Positions 11,890 through 25,100 of a stretch of 64,000 nucleotides of DNA are shown here, in pieces; position 1 is the first letter of the stretch, and each line of letters starts with the position of its first letter. A model generated the notes under the pieces. It did not search any database. It saw only the letters and a list, made by a program, of their open reading frames with translations, and was not told the DNA's origin. Made by a program: the position numbers and the translations under genes. This DNA comes from Phoronis australis. Lineage: Eukaryota > Animalia > Phoronida. The stretch spans positions 1,595,144 through 1,659,143 of the forward strand of contig NMRA01000004.1 of assembly GCA_002633005.1 (NCBI GenBank), read 5' to 3'.

Positions 11890-14800
11890 AATGGGGCTAT
11901 TCAGAGAATTCTCCTCGCGGTGTCGCTGCTGTAATAGTGGTGATTGAATTACGCATGCGTCGCTGTCTGCTTGTAAACAGCTCAGTGGTAAAAAGACGGA
12001 ATCGTCAAAATATGTCGTCGCGCTAAGCCTTGTTATTGCTATTTTCCCTGGTGTAAGTCGTCGACAGGTGGTCACAAATTCCCAAAAGACCGAAGCTTAC
12101 TACATTCGTGGAGAATTGCGGTCAAAAGGGTCAACCAACTGTCAAAAAGTATGTGGATGCCGAAGCCCCGTGCGTGCACTCTGTATTTCCATTGAGAGAC
12201 TACATACTATAACGTTACTTGGTAAGTTTTTAACAACCTGTTTCTATCGACATCGTTCGGTGATGTTATCCCCACCAGTTCCTCATTGAATAACAGGTTT
12301 ATTGAGTGGAACTAAGTGTTTCTTTTCAGAAACTCACCCGGGAATCGGATGCCGGGTCGGCTAGCAGCACCTTGTCCTGGGTGGGAGTGCGCCCAATATA
12401 AGAGATGTATGGTACGTGACCCTCAGAAGTCGAGTTTGATTTTTTCACAGCAGTTTCTCTTCAAAACTATGCTATGTCCAATAAAATTCTCTAGATGTGT
12501 GAGTTTCCTTATTTTATAGCGGACCCCACCCCCAGGACTACCAGATTAGTTACCGAATTAACATTAATAAGTCGTAATATTGCATTGGAATAAAAGTGAC
12601 ACCTAGAATGAATTTTACTTGTTGAGATCAGAAGCACATTTTAAGTGTCATGAAAAATACACATTGTTAAATCACTTTTAGCCTGTTTCACATATTTTAA
12701 TTCAGATCTTAGATAAGACTTGGGTACAGAGATTATTAGTTTCTACATATAAACATGAACAAGATGATACGTCAAGTATGTTCTGCCTTACAAAAGTAGT
12801 TTTGTCTTGTAGTTTCTTTTATAATTTGCTAATATTTCTCTGACTACAGGTGAGAGAAAACGACTGAAACCAGCCGCCAGACCGTCTATTTACCTTTGGA
12901 CAAAGTGAAAAGCAATCCTTCAGCAATAACCTGAGAGAATTGAACCTATAATTCAGAAATTGAGTCCTTGATATGCCTGATTATGGACTCCATTGCATTG
13001 GGAAAATTACAATTGTTTTTAACAGTGTTGTTTCTTTTTATGAATGTGGTTGTTCAGTTTGCCATTTTGTTTTTAAATACACTGATAAAAATAGTTATAC
13101 ACACAAACAAATACATGTAAACTGCAAAAAAGGGAATACTTCATTTTGATCGCTGTACTTTTCCATAGGTCAACAAGGAAATGGCAATTCGCAAGTTATT
13201 GTATTCGGTAATCATTTCAGATTTACAAAGAATGAGCACAACTGCACTGTATGGGGCTTTAATACTGAAGAAATATTGTGGTTTCAAATATTAGTGACAA
13301 ACTTGCCTGTTGATGAAAAATTTATTCGATCGTTAAAGTGTAACACTAACGGGCTTATTATTAACAATAAGACAATCGATGCAGTCACTGTCATTTCCCC
13401 ATAATGTGTACCAAATTGGGAAGTTTTCACCAATAGTATAAAGCCTTTCTTCTGAAAAGAAAAGTTAATGTCACTCAGTGAGAAAGGGCAGGTATTTATA
13501 CCAGATGCTTTTGGTTTTCATTTCACTGGGATATACAGGTAGTTTCAATGGCCTATAGGAGCACTTGTAAAAAAGGACCACACTTGACTCGCTTTGTGCC
13601 CAAAATCTGACCCTGAACTTGACCAGAGTGTTTCTAGGTCTTCTTTAGCTTCAACCCCTCATGTTTCTTCCAGGAAAGGAAATAAGCCATTGTCTCATTG
13701 CCTATGAAAGGGCATCCTTACCAACGGGGCTGACTCGTGTAGCAGTCAGATATAATTCCTCTTCATACACAAACAATCCACTGGCACATTGTCTTATGGT
13801 AACTTAGTACTGCAATTCACATTTCTCCAGGGCCACTGACACTTCCAAGTTCATCGTTGGTTTGAAACCCACATAGGTAATTGACTGACATAGCTCGCGA
13901 CTTTCACTTTTAAGTTGGCTATTATTTAACTGTAATACCTCGCAATGTTTTCTTTTTAAAATAAATTCCGAAGCAAATAAGTAAATTTGCTTCCGTGGAG
14001 AGAATGATCTTCCAGTTTCTATTTGATGACGCTACCGCCTTGTATGCTCTACATGTGCACGTACGTTTTACTGATAAGCCTATCACAATAAAGCTCTTGA
14101 CCAACCATAACGAATAAATGCGATTTCGTGAATGAGACTGATATCATGGCGGTGACACAAACTTGAGCAATCCAAAATGTCATGATTTGTTAATCTTCGT
14201 TTTGAGAAAAGCAACAATTTCAAAGAAATATTTACGCGGTAACGTTCAAAGATATGCCACCTACTGAGAACACAAAACTTATTTCTTTAGTCACCCATGG
14301 GCGCTCGAACTTCCTAACAATTCGACACTCTGAAGTACGGAAAAAGTACTGTCTACAATTTAACAACCGGCTATTAACTCAAAATGCGCGTTGCGTGCGC
14401 ATTGAGCTTTTGCACTGTAATGCAAAGGTTGTTACCTTCTGGTAACCTTCTCGGGTACGGATTTCACGTTTGCGTAGGCCTATCTACAAAAATCGACTGA
14501 ATCCTAAACAATTTTACTATTATAACTTAGCCTTGACCTTGAATGAAATCGATGATGCTTCAGAGAACTTCGATGCAAGCAGCAATTTAGGAAAAGCTAT
14601 TATACTATTCCAAACAGATACGTGTCCTACATCCGTGATTTTGCCAGTCGGAACTAACCTTCTAAAAATGGGTGTTTCTGGGCATGTAAGGTGACGAAAT
14701 TGTATAGGTGAACTTAAATGAATTTCCCTAAACTGAACACGGTGGATGTTGACATTATACTGACTCTTAGTAACAGACGGAACTGTAACCAAAGTTTCAG

Positions 14801-15150
14801 TCCCAATATCCATTTACTCATTCCGAGGTGATACTGTTGCATAGTTACTGTATTTTTCCTGGGATTGGCAGCCCTCCAAAGGAATTTGCTGCGTTAACTT
14901 TTATAACTCCTAAAGAATAGTTGTGGCAGACAATCTTCTTAGCATCTTTATACAGTGAAGTTCACTAAATATACCCCCAAAGGTCAAAATCATACCCCAA
15001 ACGCGTAGCTGCTTAACTTCTTAAATGTGGCCCTTTCTTGCGAAACTTTGCCTAAGCATCGATACCCAAGTTTCTGATGGCTGCCTCCGTGGGGTTTGAC
15101 CGACCCCTTTCATGTCCCTAGAAACGGCAAGATCAGCACCCCTATGGAAA
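11890..15150. mobile_element. Degenerate ISL2EU-like DNA transposon (THAP on + strand, YqaJ-like exonuclease on - strand)
   Basis: Plus strand 12030-12200: CYCYFPWCKSSTGGHKFPKDRSLLHSWRIAVKR...WMPKP. A spliced piece at 12850-12905 reads GERKRLKPAARPSIY (THAP C-terminus). Minus strand about 13560-13800: GLFVYEEE...LKLKKT*KHSGQVQGQ. Boundaries are approximate. Confidence 0.5.
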
Positions 15151-15704
15151 GTACATGTACTAGTGAAACTGCTAACGAATTGCTGGCGTCATATATCGAA
15201 CTCAATGATTATAGGACCGCTGTTCAAGAGTTTTTGTCGAATTAGTTTGTGCCCCCGCGTAATATTTACCGTCCTACACATCCGCTAAACCAACCAAAGG
15301 GAATGGAGGTAAAACTGTTATTTGGTGAGATAAAAGGAATGTGGACTGGGGATGGAGGGGAGTAACACTGGTGTCGACCTGGGACAAAACTGACACTAAA
15401 CCGAACCTCTCTACGTCCCATATTTTATGACACGCATTAATGGGTTTCATTCGTCACACGGGTTGGTGTCGAGACTGCATGTTTGGCTTAGGCATACAAG
15501 TAAAACAGGTGTTGACATTATTACGACGATGCGCTGGCCAACTTATGACGAACTCGATTAACTTTCAGTAACACGGGTAAAGTTGCATTAGCAAGAGCTA
15601 AACTGGTTAAAAATTTCGTCACCAGAACTGTTGATGTAATGAGTCAGCATATTTACGCAAAATTCTGAACTTCAACTTGTGTTCATTGCGTCTTATTCTT
15701 ACAG

Positions 15705-15797
15705 TTTGCAGTCAACAGCACTATCGTGCCTACATGGAAAATATCTCCGGACATATAGACAATACGACTACGGAACCCGGTCTGATGGACTGCAGAG
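15705..15797 (+). CDS. Putative internal exon (CSQQHYRAYMENISGHIDNTTTEPGLMDCR)
   Basis: Polypyrimidine tract and TTACAG| acceptor, AG|GTATGT donor, 93 nt, phase 1-1, open in frame with the signal-peptide exon, two N-glycosylation sequons. Confidence 0.5.
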
Positions 15798-17454
15798 GTA
15801 TGTTTAATGAACGAGTTAGGGAATCTCCAGTAAATATTGACATTAAAATGTACTAATTTGAGCAGCTGATTTCTTTTCTGCGCTATTTTACTGCCACATT
15901 CTATAAAATGTCCAAAACGTACGCAGGTCGTTAGCCACCTCCTTCAACTGTGGGTTTACGACCCCACGTTTTTGAAAATGTCGACTGAATTATAGGTGAT
16001 CCCTCATAACATTTTACGGACTGATAACATTTTTACAATCTTGAGGATGTCCTAAATCCATTCAGTTGAATGGACATTTCCTTTCTACAGTACTTATAAT
16101 CCAAAATGTGAATCATGTAATCTGGGTCATTCGACAGTTACACAAAATATGTTTGAAAACCTCTTTTGACATTACAGCGTCTTGTCGTTCAGTAACTTTT
16201 CCAGACGTGTGGGGTGCTGAACGTGCGATAATATCTGGCTTAACTTTCATTTTTATCAGCCCACCCTAGTCAGGCTAGATAGGATCTGATCAGAGATTAG
16301 AGCAATTATCAAACAAAAGAGCGCAGGCCCTCCAACCATCAACGCCAGAATGGAGTTAATTGGCTACGGGGAGTAAACTTCCCAACTTGTTGTTGAGCTA
16401 TACAATCGAAAAAGTTGGTAGCAACGGGACGTCGCCGTCATGACATATTGGAAAATGATTGACAAAGAGAAGGAAATAATGGCGGCGCTATCATGCCGAA
16501 GCTGTCGCGGACGACATCTTGGAGATTGCAGGGGAGGAATCAGATTCAACACCGTTCGGACTGCAACGACAGCCTAACATTCACACACGAGCAGAAATCG
16601 GACAAATCTCTGTGCTTGTGTTGTATTGTGCTGTTTTGTGACGTATTACGCTCTTTGCTGTAGCTGTGAATTTGCGATCTGAGAAATACACTTTAGGTGG
16701 AAATGTGGGATCTAGCTGTTTAAGGAAACTGACTTAAGACTTGAGACAAAAACTTGGTCCTGCGCTCCCACGTCACAATTGTTGAATAAAGGTTTAGCCA
16801 TTAAATTATGACTGCATCACAGTCTAGAAATAATTCATAGACAGTAGGCTGCACTTTTGCTCGAGTGAGATTTAATTAATTTTGCTTTTCATGAAACAGA
16901 TCCTTGGACACGAGTATTTTTGAGAACAGGAAAGAAATGGAGTTAGAGAGACCCAGTCATAAAAGTCATGCATTTAGAGGAGAGCTAGTTCTGAGCGCGC
17001 AACTACAGTAATGTATGAACAATTACTCAACATTCCGTGTAAAATTTCCGGTGGTAGACTCCTAGATACACCAGATGGCTCAGAGAGCCTCTTCATATCC
17101 GGAAAGCTGGTAATAGTAGGAATAGAGACTCGAGGCATATTCCATCTACACCCATCTTACAACCGTATACTGAGACGTAGTCAACCAATCAGATTCGCCG
17201 ACCTTCATTGTGACGTCACACGCCCTAACCCAATACACTAGTTTAAAAATAGATGCTGATGAGAGGATCAGAAATTACTGTAAATAGCGCCAATTTTTAG
17301 TCTGTGTGAAAACGAACCTTCTTTGATCACTTCTGCCTAGTGTCTCAGGCCTAGATTTGTCAGTGGTCTCGCAGAATGAGACTTATACCACATTATCAGC
17401 CTGACATTGCCAATACAACCTTCGGTTATTCAACGCATGTTGAATAACATTTTG

Positions 17455-17530
17455 GGCTGGAACCGAGGTCGGTTTCGAACCCGCTTCGCTGAGGCTTCGA
17501 GACGTCGACCAATCTCTGCGCCATTCAGCA
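17455..17530 (-). mobile_element. tRNA-like SINE head fragment
   Basis: TGGCGCAGAGATTGG (A-box-like) and GGGTTCGAAACC (B-box). Confidence 0.35.
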
Positions 17531-17565
17531 GCAGGCGTCATCGTTTTTGAAAACACAGTACTTGA

Positions 17566-18737
17566 AGGAGAATTCCACCTGATTTAATTAGTCTTTTTTA
17601 TTGTCTTAATCGGTCTATTTTTCACATCGCCTCTTATGCGGACGACCTCACCTTGCCGAGAGGTGACGCGTTAACCTGTGAGGAAGGTGAGAAGCGACGC
17701 AGCGACGTCAGTGGATCGTCTGCAGAGTGAATGCCGCTATATTGCGGTGCGTCGGTTCCCGCTTGTCCGAACTATGAAGCTGCGAAGAAAGCGGGTATGT
17801 CGTTTTTTCGACTTCCTCGAGAGCCCAAAATGCTGAGGAAGTGACTCGCGGTAGTGAAGAATGAAAGGTATGCTGTTAAAGGCAGAGGCAACCTTTTCCA
17901 TGTCATTTTGAGCTAAAATAAGGTTGGTTGGTTATCCTAGACATATTTTCCACTAAATTACAGCTTTTCGTAATTTTATTAATTATTCGTCCGCTACTGC
18001 GGAAGCGACTGTACAACGTTTGCCCAGACGGTCTGTGGAAGGGCAACCCGACCTCGGGGCCCCCAACAAGTAAGTAGATTTTCAGTTTCGTTTCGGGCTA
18101 ATTCACATAAATTATTACGTGCAAATTATTTCTTTGGCTCACTATTATAGTCTTTTCGTGACTGGGGGTTTAGTTTCCAACTCAAGCCGGTATATGTTTG
18201 TGCCAGTTCCAGCGGCCGCGACGGGCCTGATCGGGTTACGAGCCACTGGCCGGGATAACAAGCGTTTTGTGTGTTTAGAACTAAAAAATCACAAGTCTAA
18301 ACAACACAGTTCTTCTGTCGGTATTTCACGGAAGAATACTTCGAATTTATCTTCGAACAAACGCCAAACTCCTGCTACGGTCCTTGGTAAATTGGCCTGC
18401 CGAACTTTGTAGGCTACGGTGTGTCCAAATACCAGTAAATCCGTAACAGCGAACTAAAACAACACGTCTGTATAAGAAGTCGGTGTATTTTAAGGGTTTT
18501 ACATCAAAGTTTGATGATTTATTGGTGTTAAACGATGAATTCAAGCGACAAGCTGACACCACTAACCCGTGTTGTGAACTGCTGAACAGGCTGCGTGTGA
18601 AACCAATTACGTCATTGGATAATTTCAGCTGTTGTCAGGTGTCAGGTAACGCAACCTAACCTGCCGTTCTCGAGTAGAACTACATGTACTCGATCTATAT
18701 TGATACAAAATAGGTTGTTTTTGGGTGGCATTCTCCT
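17566..18737 (+). mobile_element. Non-autonomous Kolobok-like DNA transposon with a THAP remnant
   Basis: TIRs AGGAGAATTCCACC / GGTGGCATTCTCCT with TTGA and TTTAA flanks (TTAA-like TSD). Internal 17730-17867 reads MPLYCGASVPACPN...GMSFFRLPREPKMLRK*LAVVKNE, followed by a GT donor. Confidence 0.65.
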
Positions 18738-19397
18738 TTTAATAAGCACGCGTAATAATCACATGTTCAACAAACGGTAGTGTACCGACATACGTACGCG
18801 GTGAAAAATAGACATTTTCAGTTCAGTGAAATTTATCTGTCAATTATCTCACTTGTAAATCATCAATCTCCACTTTAAATGCGGGTAACATGTAGTCGGG
18901 ATCCATTGTCTTGGACTTTATAGGCCTACTCAGTATTCAGAAGTAACCTACATGTACTTCAGCAGATGATATTTTCACGGCGGACGCTTAGCGCGATAAG
19001 AATAAGATGTGTAGCAATCTAGACCGGTTGCCTAAAACTTATTTTATAGATTCATTTCATTTCTGTTTTATTTAAATTTTGAATTGGTTTTGAGTAAAAC
19101 ATTATTTTAACAAGAATAACTCGGCGTTTCTTAAAAGGTCACGACCTCTGACCCCGCGAGGCCTCTGACAGAAATTATTTACAAAGCCGAGGGGAGTAAA
19201 AAAAGGTAGATCGATTCATTGCAGTGTTTATCGCTCAGTATGTGGTATAAATTGATCAGTTCTCAGTTGTTATCCCCCTTATTTCGAGCCCTCGTGGATT
19301 TTGTAGAATTAGTGCGCTTTGCCCATGCCTTCGGGCGGTCATTCTCCAAAATCCCTCTCTAGATTACGGGGTCTAATACCCCTTTAAAAGAAGTCCT

Positions 19398-19520
19398 GGG
19401 TCGAATTCAATAACTGTCTCGTGACGAGAAAATCTACCCAAAATCACGTACATTAGCCCATTGTAAATATATGGCATTTTTTCTTTTCTAGCGAGACACT
19501 AGCGTTACTGAATTCTACCC
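19398..19520. mobile_element. Small MITE with GGG...CCC termini (Tourist/Harbinger-like)
   Basis: Inverted ends GGGTCGAATTCAATAAC-TGTCTCG and CGAGACA-GTTACTGAATTCTACCC. No clean TSD. Confidence 0.5.
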
Positions 19521-21188
19521 TCGGTTTGTGAAAGCCTCATAATGGATATCCTGTACGTGAGACAGCAAGCGCAGTAGTCGCCTTCTTTTTTGCCCCTTCA
19601 TGAGATTGTTGTCCTCTCACTCAAGAACACGTACAGTTTACATGTAGTGTTACATTATGTGCGTGTCAAGAAATAGTTGCTTTGGATTTAATCTTGCGTT
19701 TCATGGACAAATGTCGGACACATTGAATAAGAAAACAATTGGAAGCAACGACAACTTCACAACACCTGAAAACTTTGCAGTGATGTGGACAAATTACGAC
19801 AACATGAGCACAAACTATTGCTAAAGTTTGTAAGCTTGTGTCGTTACAATAGGGCCCTTGTGGATTAAACAGCGACAGTCGAATCACGCAATATTCCCCC
19901 ACTGCGTCGGAATGGCCGCCAAGCACTTTTTAGCCTGGGGTGTGTTTTATGAATGTGACTTACAGCATAAGTCAGGAATTTGGACTTACTTTCTACACAG
20001 CTACTTCTGGAAAGTAACTAAGTCTCACATGATCAAAAATTTAAAGTCTCCGAGAATATGCTAGTTACTGAGATAATTTCTATAAATTATTTCCAGAGTA
20101 CGACACCGCCGTAATTGCTTGGCAAAACCTTTTTTCAGCAATAAATTGTGAAGAATTTTGGCGTTAAAGACAACATTTCAGTCTTACTTGTACATCTTAA
20201 AGTCACTTGAATGAAAGAGATACCCCAGGTGTTTCCACGCTATTGGAGTTTCAAGTGTTCTTTGTTTTGTGGTATTCTTTACCACTTTTTCTCGGCTGCA
20301 TTACTCTATTCGTCTGTATATTGCCGACGACTCGGAAGTGTTACTACTGTGTTATGGGGTGACTCCGACGTGAGAAAGTGGGATGAACTTGACAAATACG
20401 TGTATACGTGATGCGGGGTGATGTTAAGTTCTTAGCTTTTCCGATATCAATCAGAGACAAGACAATGCCGAAAAGGCAGTAGAAAAAGGATGTTTGTCGA
20501 ATAATTTCGAATCAAACAAAATCGTCTTTCTCTAAAGATACCTTTCAATTTCAGTACTTCTAAACTATTAAAATCGATAATATGTCCACAGCCATTCACC
20601 TCGACGGCTTCGGACATGATTTGTGAACATGTGTCTCAGTGACATTTCCAATTAAACTACTACTATATCTATGAAAACAACGCTCTTTCTTACCTTGAAT
20701 TCATTTTTACCTATTCCAGACGCCAGAGGAATAATAGTGATCCGATGTGCCATGGAAAAACAATGTTGCAGTGTTTCTGTAGCTAACGTAATCACAATAC
20801 AGTGCTGCCCACCCAAAGGATTGTAAGTACAAGATGTAAAGACCTGAGTATTTCTTCCCGACATAAATTCACCTGACAAAACGGAATAACTCACCAGAGA
20901 TTTCGATTACAATTAGAGAACTTTGTATGGTGAGAGAGAAGGAAACTGGCTACCCCGGGTATTAAAACAATGCGCCTAGCCGCAACTCGATCACTTGTTT
21001 CTCTGCATCAAGTCCGATTCTCAACTGCCTGCTTAGCCTCATTACTTCTCAAAGTTGACGCTCATCTACTTCGTATTGAAATGGTATTCGAGGTCACTTC
21101 ACATGTACATGCTGGTTCTAATCGAATTGTTAGTTATTCAGAGTCACCCAAAGTTAATTAATTAATTAGGCCTAACTCTTTTTTCCAG

Positions 21189-21285
21189 TCCTGTGTGGGC
21201 TACTATCATCATAGTAGCTGTCGTCATTATCTTTGGCTGTGTCGGATTCTGCTACTGCAAACGCTCCAGATACCAAAGACTTTGA
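21189..21285 (+). CDS. Terminal exon encoding a TM helix and a short tail ending YQRL
   Basis: TTTTTTCCAG| acceptor, PVWATIIIVAVVIIFGCVGFCYCKRSRYQRL*. Same phase-2 start and same layout as the 4178 exon. Confidence 0.68.
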
Positions 21286-21458
21286 AATGGTTTGAGTAAA
21301 GGGCGTCGCACCATGGCTATAGTATTGTTTGTGACTTATGTGCTTTCAATTTTGGGGTGTGTTACGTAAACGCCAACCACTTGGGACGAGAAATCTTCGC
21401 TTTGTATGTAACTGGAACAGCAAAGTGGTTGCCATACAGCTGTAGTTCAACATTCCAG

Positions 21459-21732
21459 CATGCGCGCACACAGCCTAAAAATTGGAGGGGCTCGAATTTT
21501 TGCGAATGTGGAACTTTTACTAAAAAGAACTGGATACGTTCAGAGCCATGAAATGTGCATTTGCCGAATTTTGGTAGTTCCTGCCTTTTTAGTGGACTTT
21601 TGTCTCGTTTTCTACTCTTTCGGACTTATTGTTTCTCTAAGGCGGACCTTATTGTTCATTTCGCCAAATGGGGGCTCATTCGAGCTCCCGAGCAACCCAA
21701 ACACCCCCCCCCCCCCCCCCNGTGAACGCATG
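21459..21732. mobile_element. MITE family X (5-bp TSD TCCAG)
   Basis: TIR CATGCGCGCAC...GTGAACGCATG, internal GGGGGCTCGAATTTT, flanking direct repeat TCCAG. Confidence 0.8.
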
Positions 21733-22119
21733 TCCAGTTTTGCTGACTCTCACTATAGAGGCGGCAACTTGTGTAAGCAAGTAGGATACAAAACGTACCT
21801 GTGAACCTCTCGCCTTTCACTGGCTTTATTCTGCGTGTTTTTTGTATAACTTTGCTTTTTTGCCAGAAACTTGCAATACTGGTTTTCCCGAAAGTCGAAA
21901 TCGTGAACACAATGTGCTGGTGTTTATCAAAAATTTACTGAAGGTTTTGCTCCAAGATCGCGCGCTTTCGACAATATGAAATTTGTTCAATTTTTAACTT
22001 CAGCATACAGTGTATGATGTTGCACTGACTAAACCTTGATGACATGGTTTCAAATCTTGAATATTAAAAACAAGAAGTATGAATTTGTGTCTGTAGTGAA
22101 TGGTGCCTTGTAATTAATC

Positions 22120-25100
22120 GAAATAGAATTGATAGACAAATGACTGCCATTTAATTACGTCTGACACCACTGTGATAGGGGTTTGTTTCATGTAACAGGC
22201 CTCCTTCCCACATTACAATATACAACACAGAGTACGATAACTTTTTTTCAAATCTTAATTCATATCAAGGAATTTATTTCGGCGTTTCTCCGCATTAATT
22301 AAATATCTAGCAACTTTTCTCAGAACATTTAAGTTATGAGTCTGTAGAAAATTTCTGAAAACTATCTCTTCCACCTTTTCGTATCTTGGCAAAAACCGCA
22401 CTCTTAGATCAGAATATAAATTGCATTTGAGAAGAAAGTAGAATTCTGTTTCCACTTTCCCACTGTCACAGCAGGGACATACTCTATCTTCTCTGTCAAG
22501 TCCGCTGAACCTTCCCTAGATAATCATTAGTGAATGTGCGGGGCATATAAACCTTGCAAGGGCTATTCTATGAAGTCTATTTTCTAAATATGTTACTTAT
22601 TTTTCTACTACAAAGTTTCATTTAATTGTTTTGTAAACATCTAAAGTTTGAGAAAAAATATTGTTTCTCCAATCCTGGATGTCAATATCAAAGCATCGTT
22701 GTTTAAATGCACTTATAAATGAGGCAGCATTGACCACACCTTGTTGTATCCAAACAAATCCAAAACCATAAGCAAACAACAATCGTTTAACATTTAGGGC
22801 CCAGCAAGACTTATTTTGCTCAGCCATTTCATATTGCACATTGTAGCATACCATAACATAACGATGGCTTGGCAAATTGATAATTTTTAACCAGTATTTA
22901 ACAATTCTCAATAATAGATGTACCTTCGGTGTCACTCTACCAAGTTCTCCCCTCACTGCAGCGTTTGAGACATGCTGACCAAGTCCCAACAAAAATTTGC
23001 AAAATTTATTTTGCACGATTTCAATGTCTTGTGCGAGGTGAAATCCCCAAATCTTAGAACCTTATAACAAGATCGGTGATATTTTTGTGTCAAACATTTT
23101 AAACCGCATTTGCACAGGAATTTCATTGTGTTTAAACATGTGCTTTTTAGTACAAAAATAGTCTTTGCCGCTTTGTCAGCTAACGTTTTCTGCGCCTTCG
23201 TAAATACACATTTAGGAGTGAACTTGATACCCAAATAATTATACTCTCAAGTCGTTTGTACAATTTCGCCAAATAATTTCCACTTTTTATAAGTTCTCAA
23301 GTATATCCCTTTTCTAAAGGCTATAATTTTTGTCTTCGACATATTCACATGAAGCTTCCATTTATTACAATATTTTTCTAGTTTGGTAATTAATCTTTGC
23401 ATGGCAATAGCGGTTTCAGCGACGAGAACCAAACCATCGGCAAACAACAACAAATATAAATTCATTATTCCAATATTTACACACGAGCCCTTCACATTTT
23501 GTAAGACACTTTCTAAATCATCAGAAGAGTAAGGGAGATAATTGACACCCTTGTCTTACATCCATCGTACATTGGAAGAATTCGGTTACGTAACCATCCC
23601 CATTCAGCAAGAAGCAAGACTTCACATTTTAGTACATACTGTTTTATGCATTTTTCCTAGGACATATTACTCCCAGATTTTTTCAAAACTTTTTGACATT
23701 TTAAACTTAAGACCCTCTCGCCAGACCCAGTCGAACGCTTTTTTATGTTAGATCCCAGGAGAACGAGAGAAGGTATGCTGAAGCGGTTGGACTGAGGAAA
23801 CAGGGTGCATGGATATCATGGGAAGGAGTGAACAGCAGAAGGATAACTGGTAAAGACCTTCTGTCTTCAGATCAATTCAGATTGGGCTTTTTACTTGGTT
23901 CCATATATGACACTCTCCCAACACCTGTCAATCTTCGAACCTGGGGCAAAACTGAGGATGACAGCTGCAGGGGCTGTGGCAAGCGGTGTACCTTAGAACA
24001 CGTTCTATCCAGCTGTAGAGAAGCTCTCACTTCAGGGAAGTACACTTGGCGCCATGACAATATTCTCAAGTGTATTGCACATGCTTTAGATCTGGAGAAA
24101 AGGAAGGCGACTAACCTTGGCAAAGCACTAATTCAATTCAACGAAGGCGGGGTATCCACTAAGAGGCGTGATTCAGGCATTCTAGGTATGGCTGCCGACT
24201 GGAAGATGGTGACGGATGTGGTAACTAGGGGTTCACTCCCAAGCCATATTGCAGTAACCCAGTTAAGACCAGACATAGCGTTGTTGGCAGACAGCAAGAA
24301 GATAGTGACTTTAATCGAGTTAACTGTGCCGTGGGAGATTAGGGTGCAAGAGGCTCACGAGAGGAAACTACTCAAGTACGCAGAGCTATCGCAGGAATGT
24401 GCAGCGAATGGCTGGAAATGCTTCTGTCTCCTCATAGAAGTTGGATGTCGAGGGTTTATTGCTGGAAGCATGTGGCGGATGGCATAGCTACTGGGCATTT
24501 CATCAAGAGGGCGAGCTGATATGTTTAAGTCTACTGTAAGAACAGCGGAGGAAGCAACCGTGTGGCTGTGGTTACAGCGTGAGAACAAATGGCAACCCCA
24601 GCGTCGGCAGCCTTCAGAGACCTACATATGTACCATCGGAGAGGGTTCTAGGTCAAGGTCAAAACCCACGATGAAGATGGACTCCTAGCTGACGACGACG
24701 CTGGGTAGCAGATACCACCATGTTTACAAGTAAGTCAGTCAACAAAAAGACAATAGAACCAGCCTCTACGTTTCAATAGATACTTGTTAAGTAGTGTATC
24801 TAGAATAAACATGTTATCCACTGTGGAATACCCCTTCCTGAAATCAGCTTGAGCCTCACACACAATCATTTGTTCGCATCCGCCCATGAATGGAGTCGGT
24901 TACATAACAACCGGGCAATTATCTTGCCAGCCACCTGTAACAGCGTGAATCCTCTGTAGTTATCTGGGTCATTCTTATTTCCAGACTTGAACACCGGGAC
25001 TATAATACCTGAATTCCATTTAGATGGGTAATTCACCGTATCAAAAGTTTTATTATATAGACAAACGAGAGACTGTTTAAATGCGGGTGTTGCGAACTTG

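Noticed and set aside
23828-24487. Stand-alone novel nuclease gene
   Set aside because: It is fully explained as the CCHC and RLE C-terminus of a 5'-truncated non-LTR retrotransposon.
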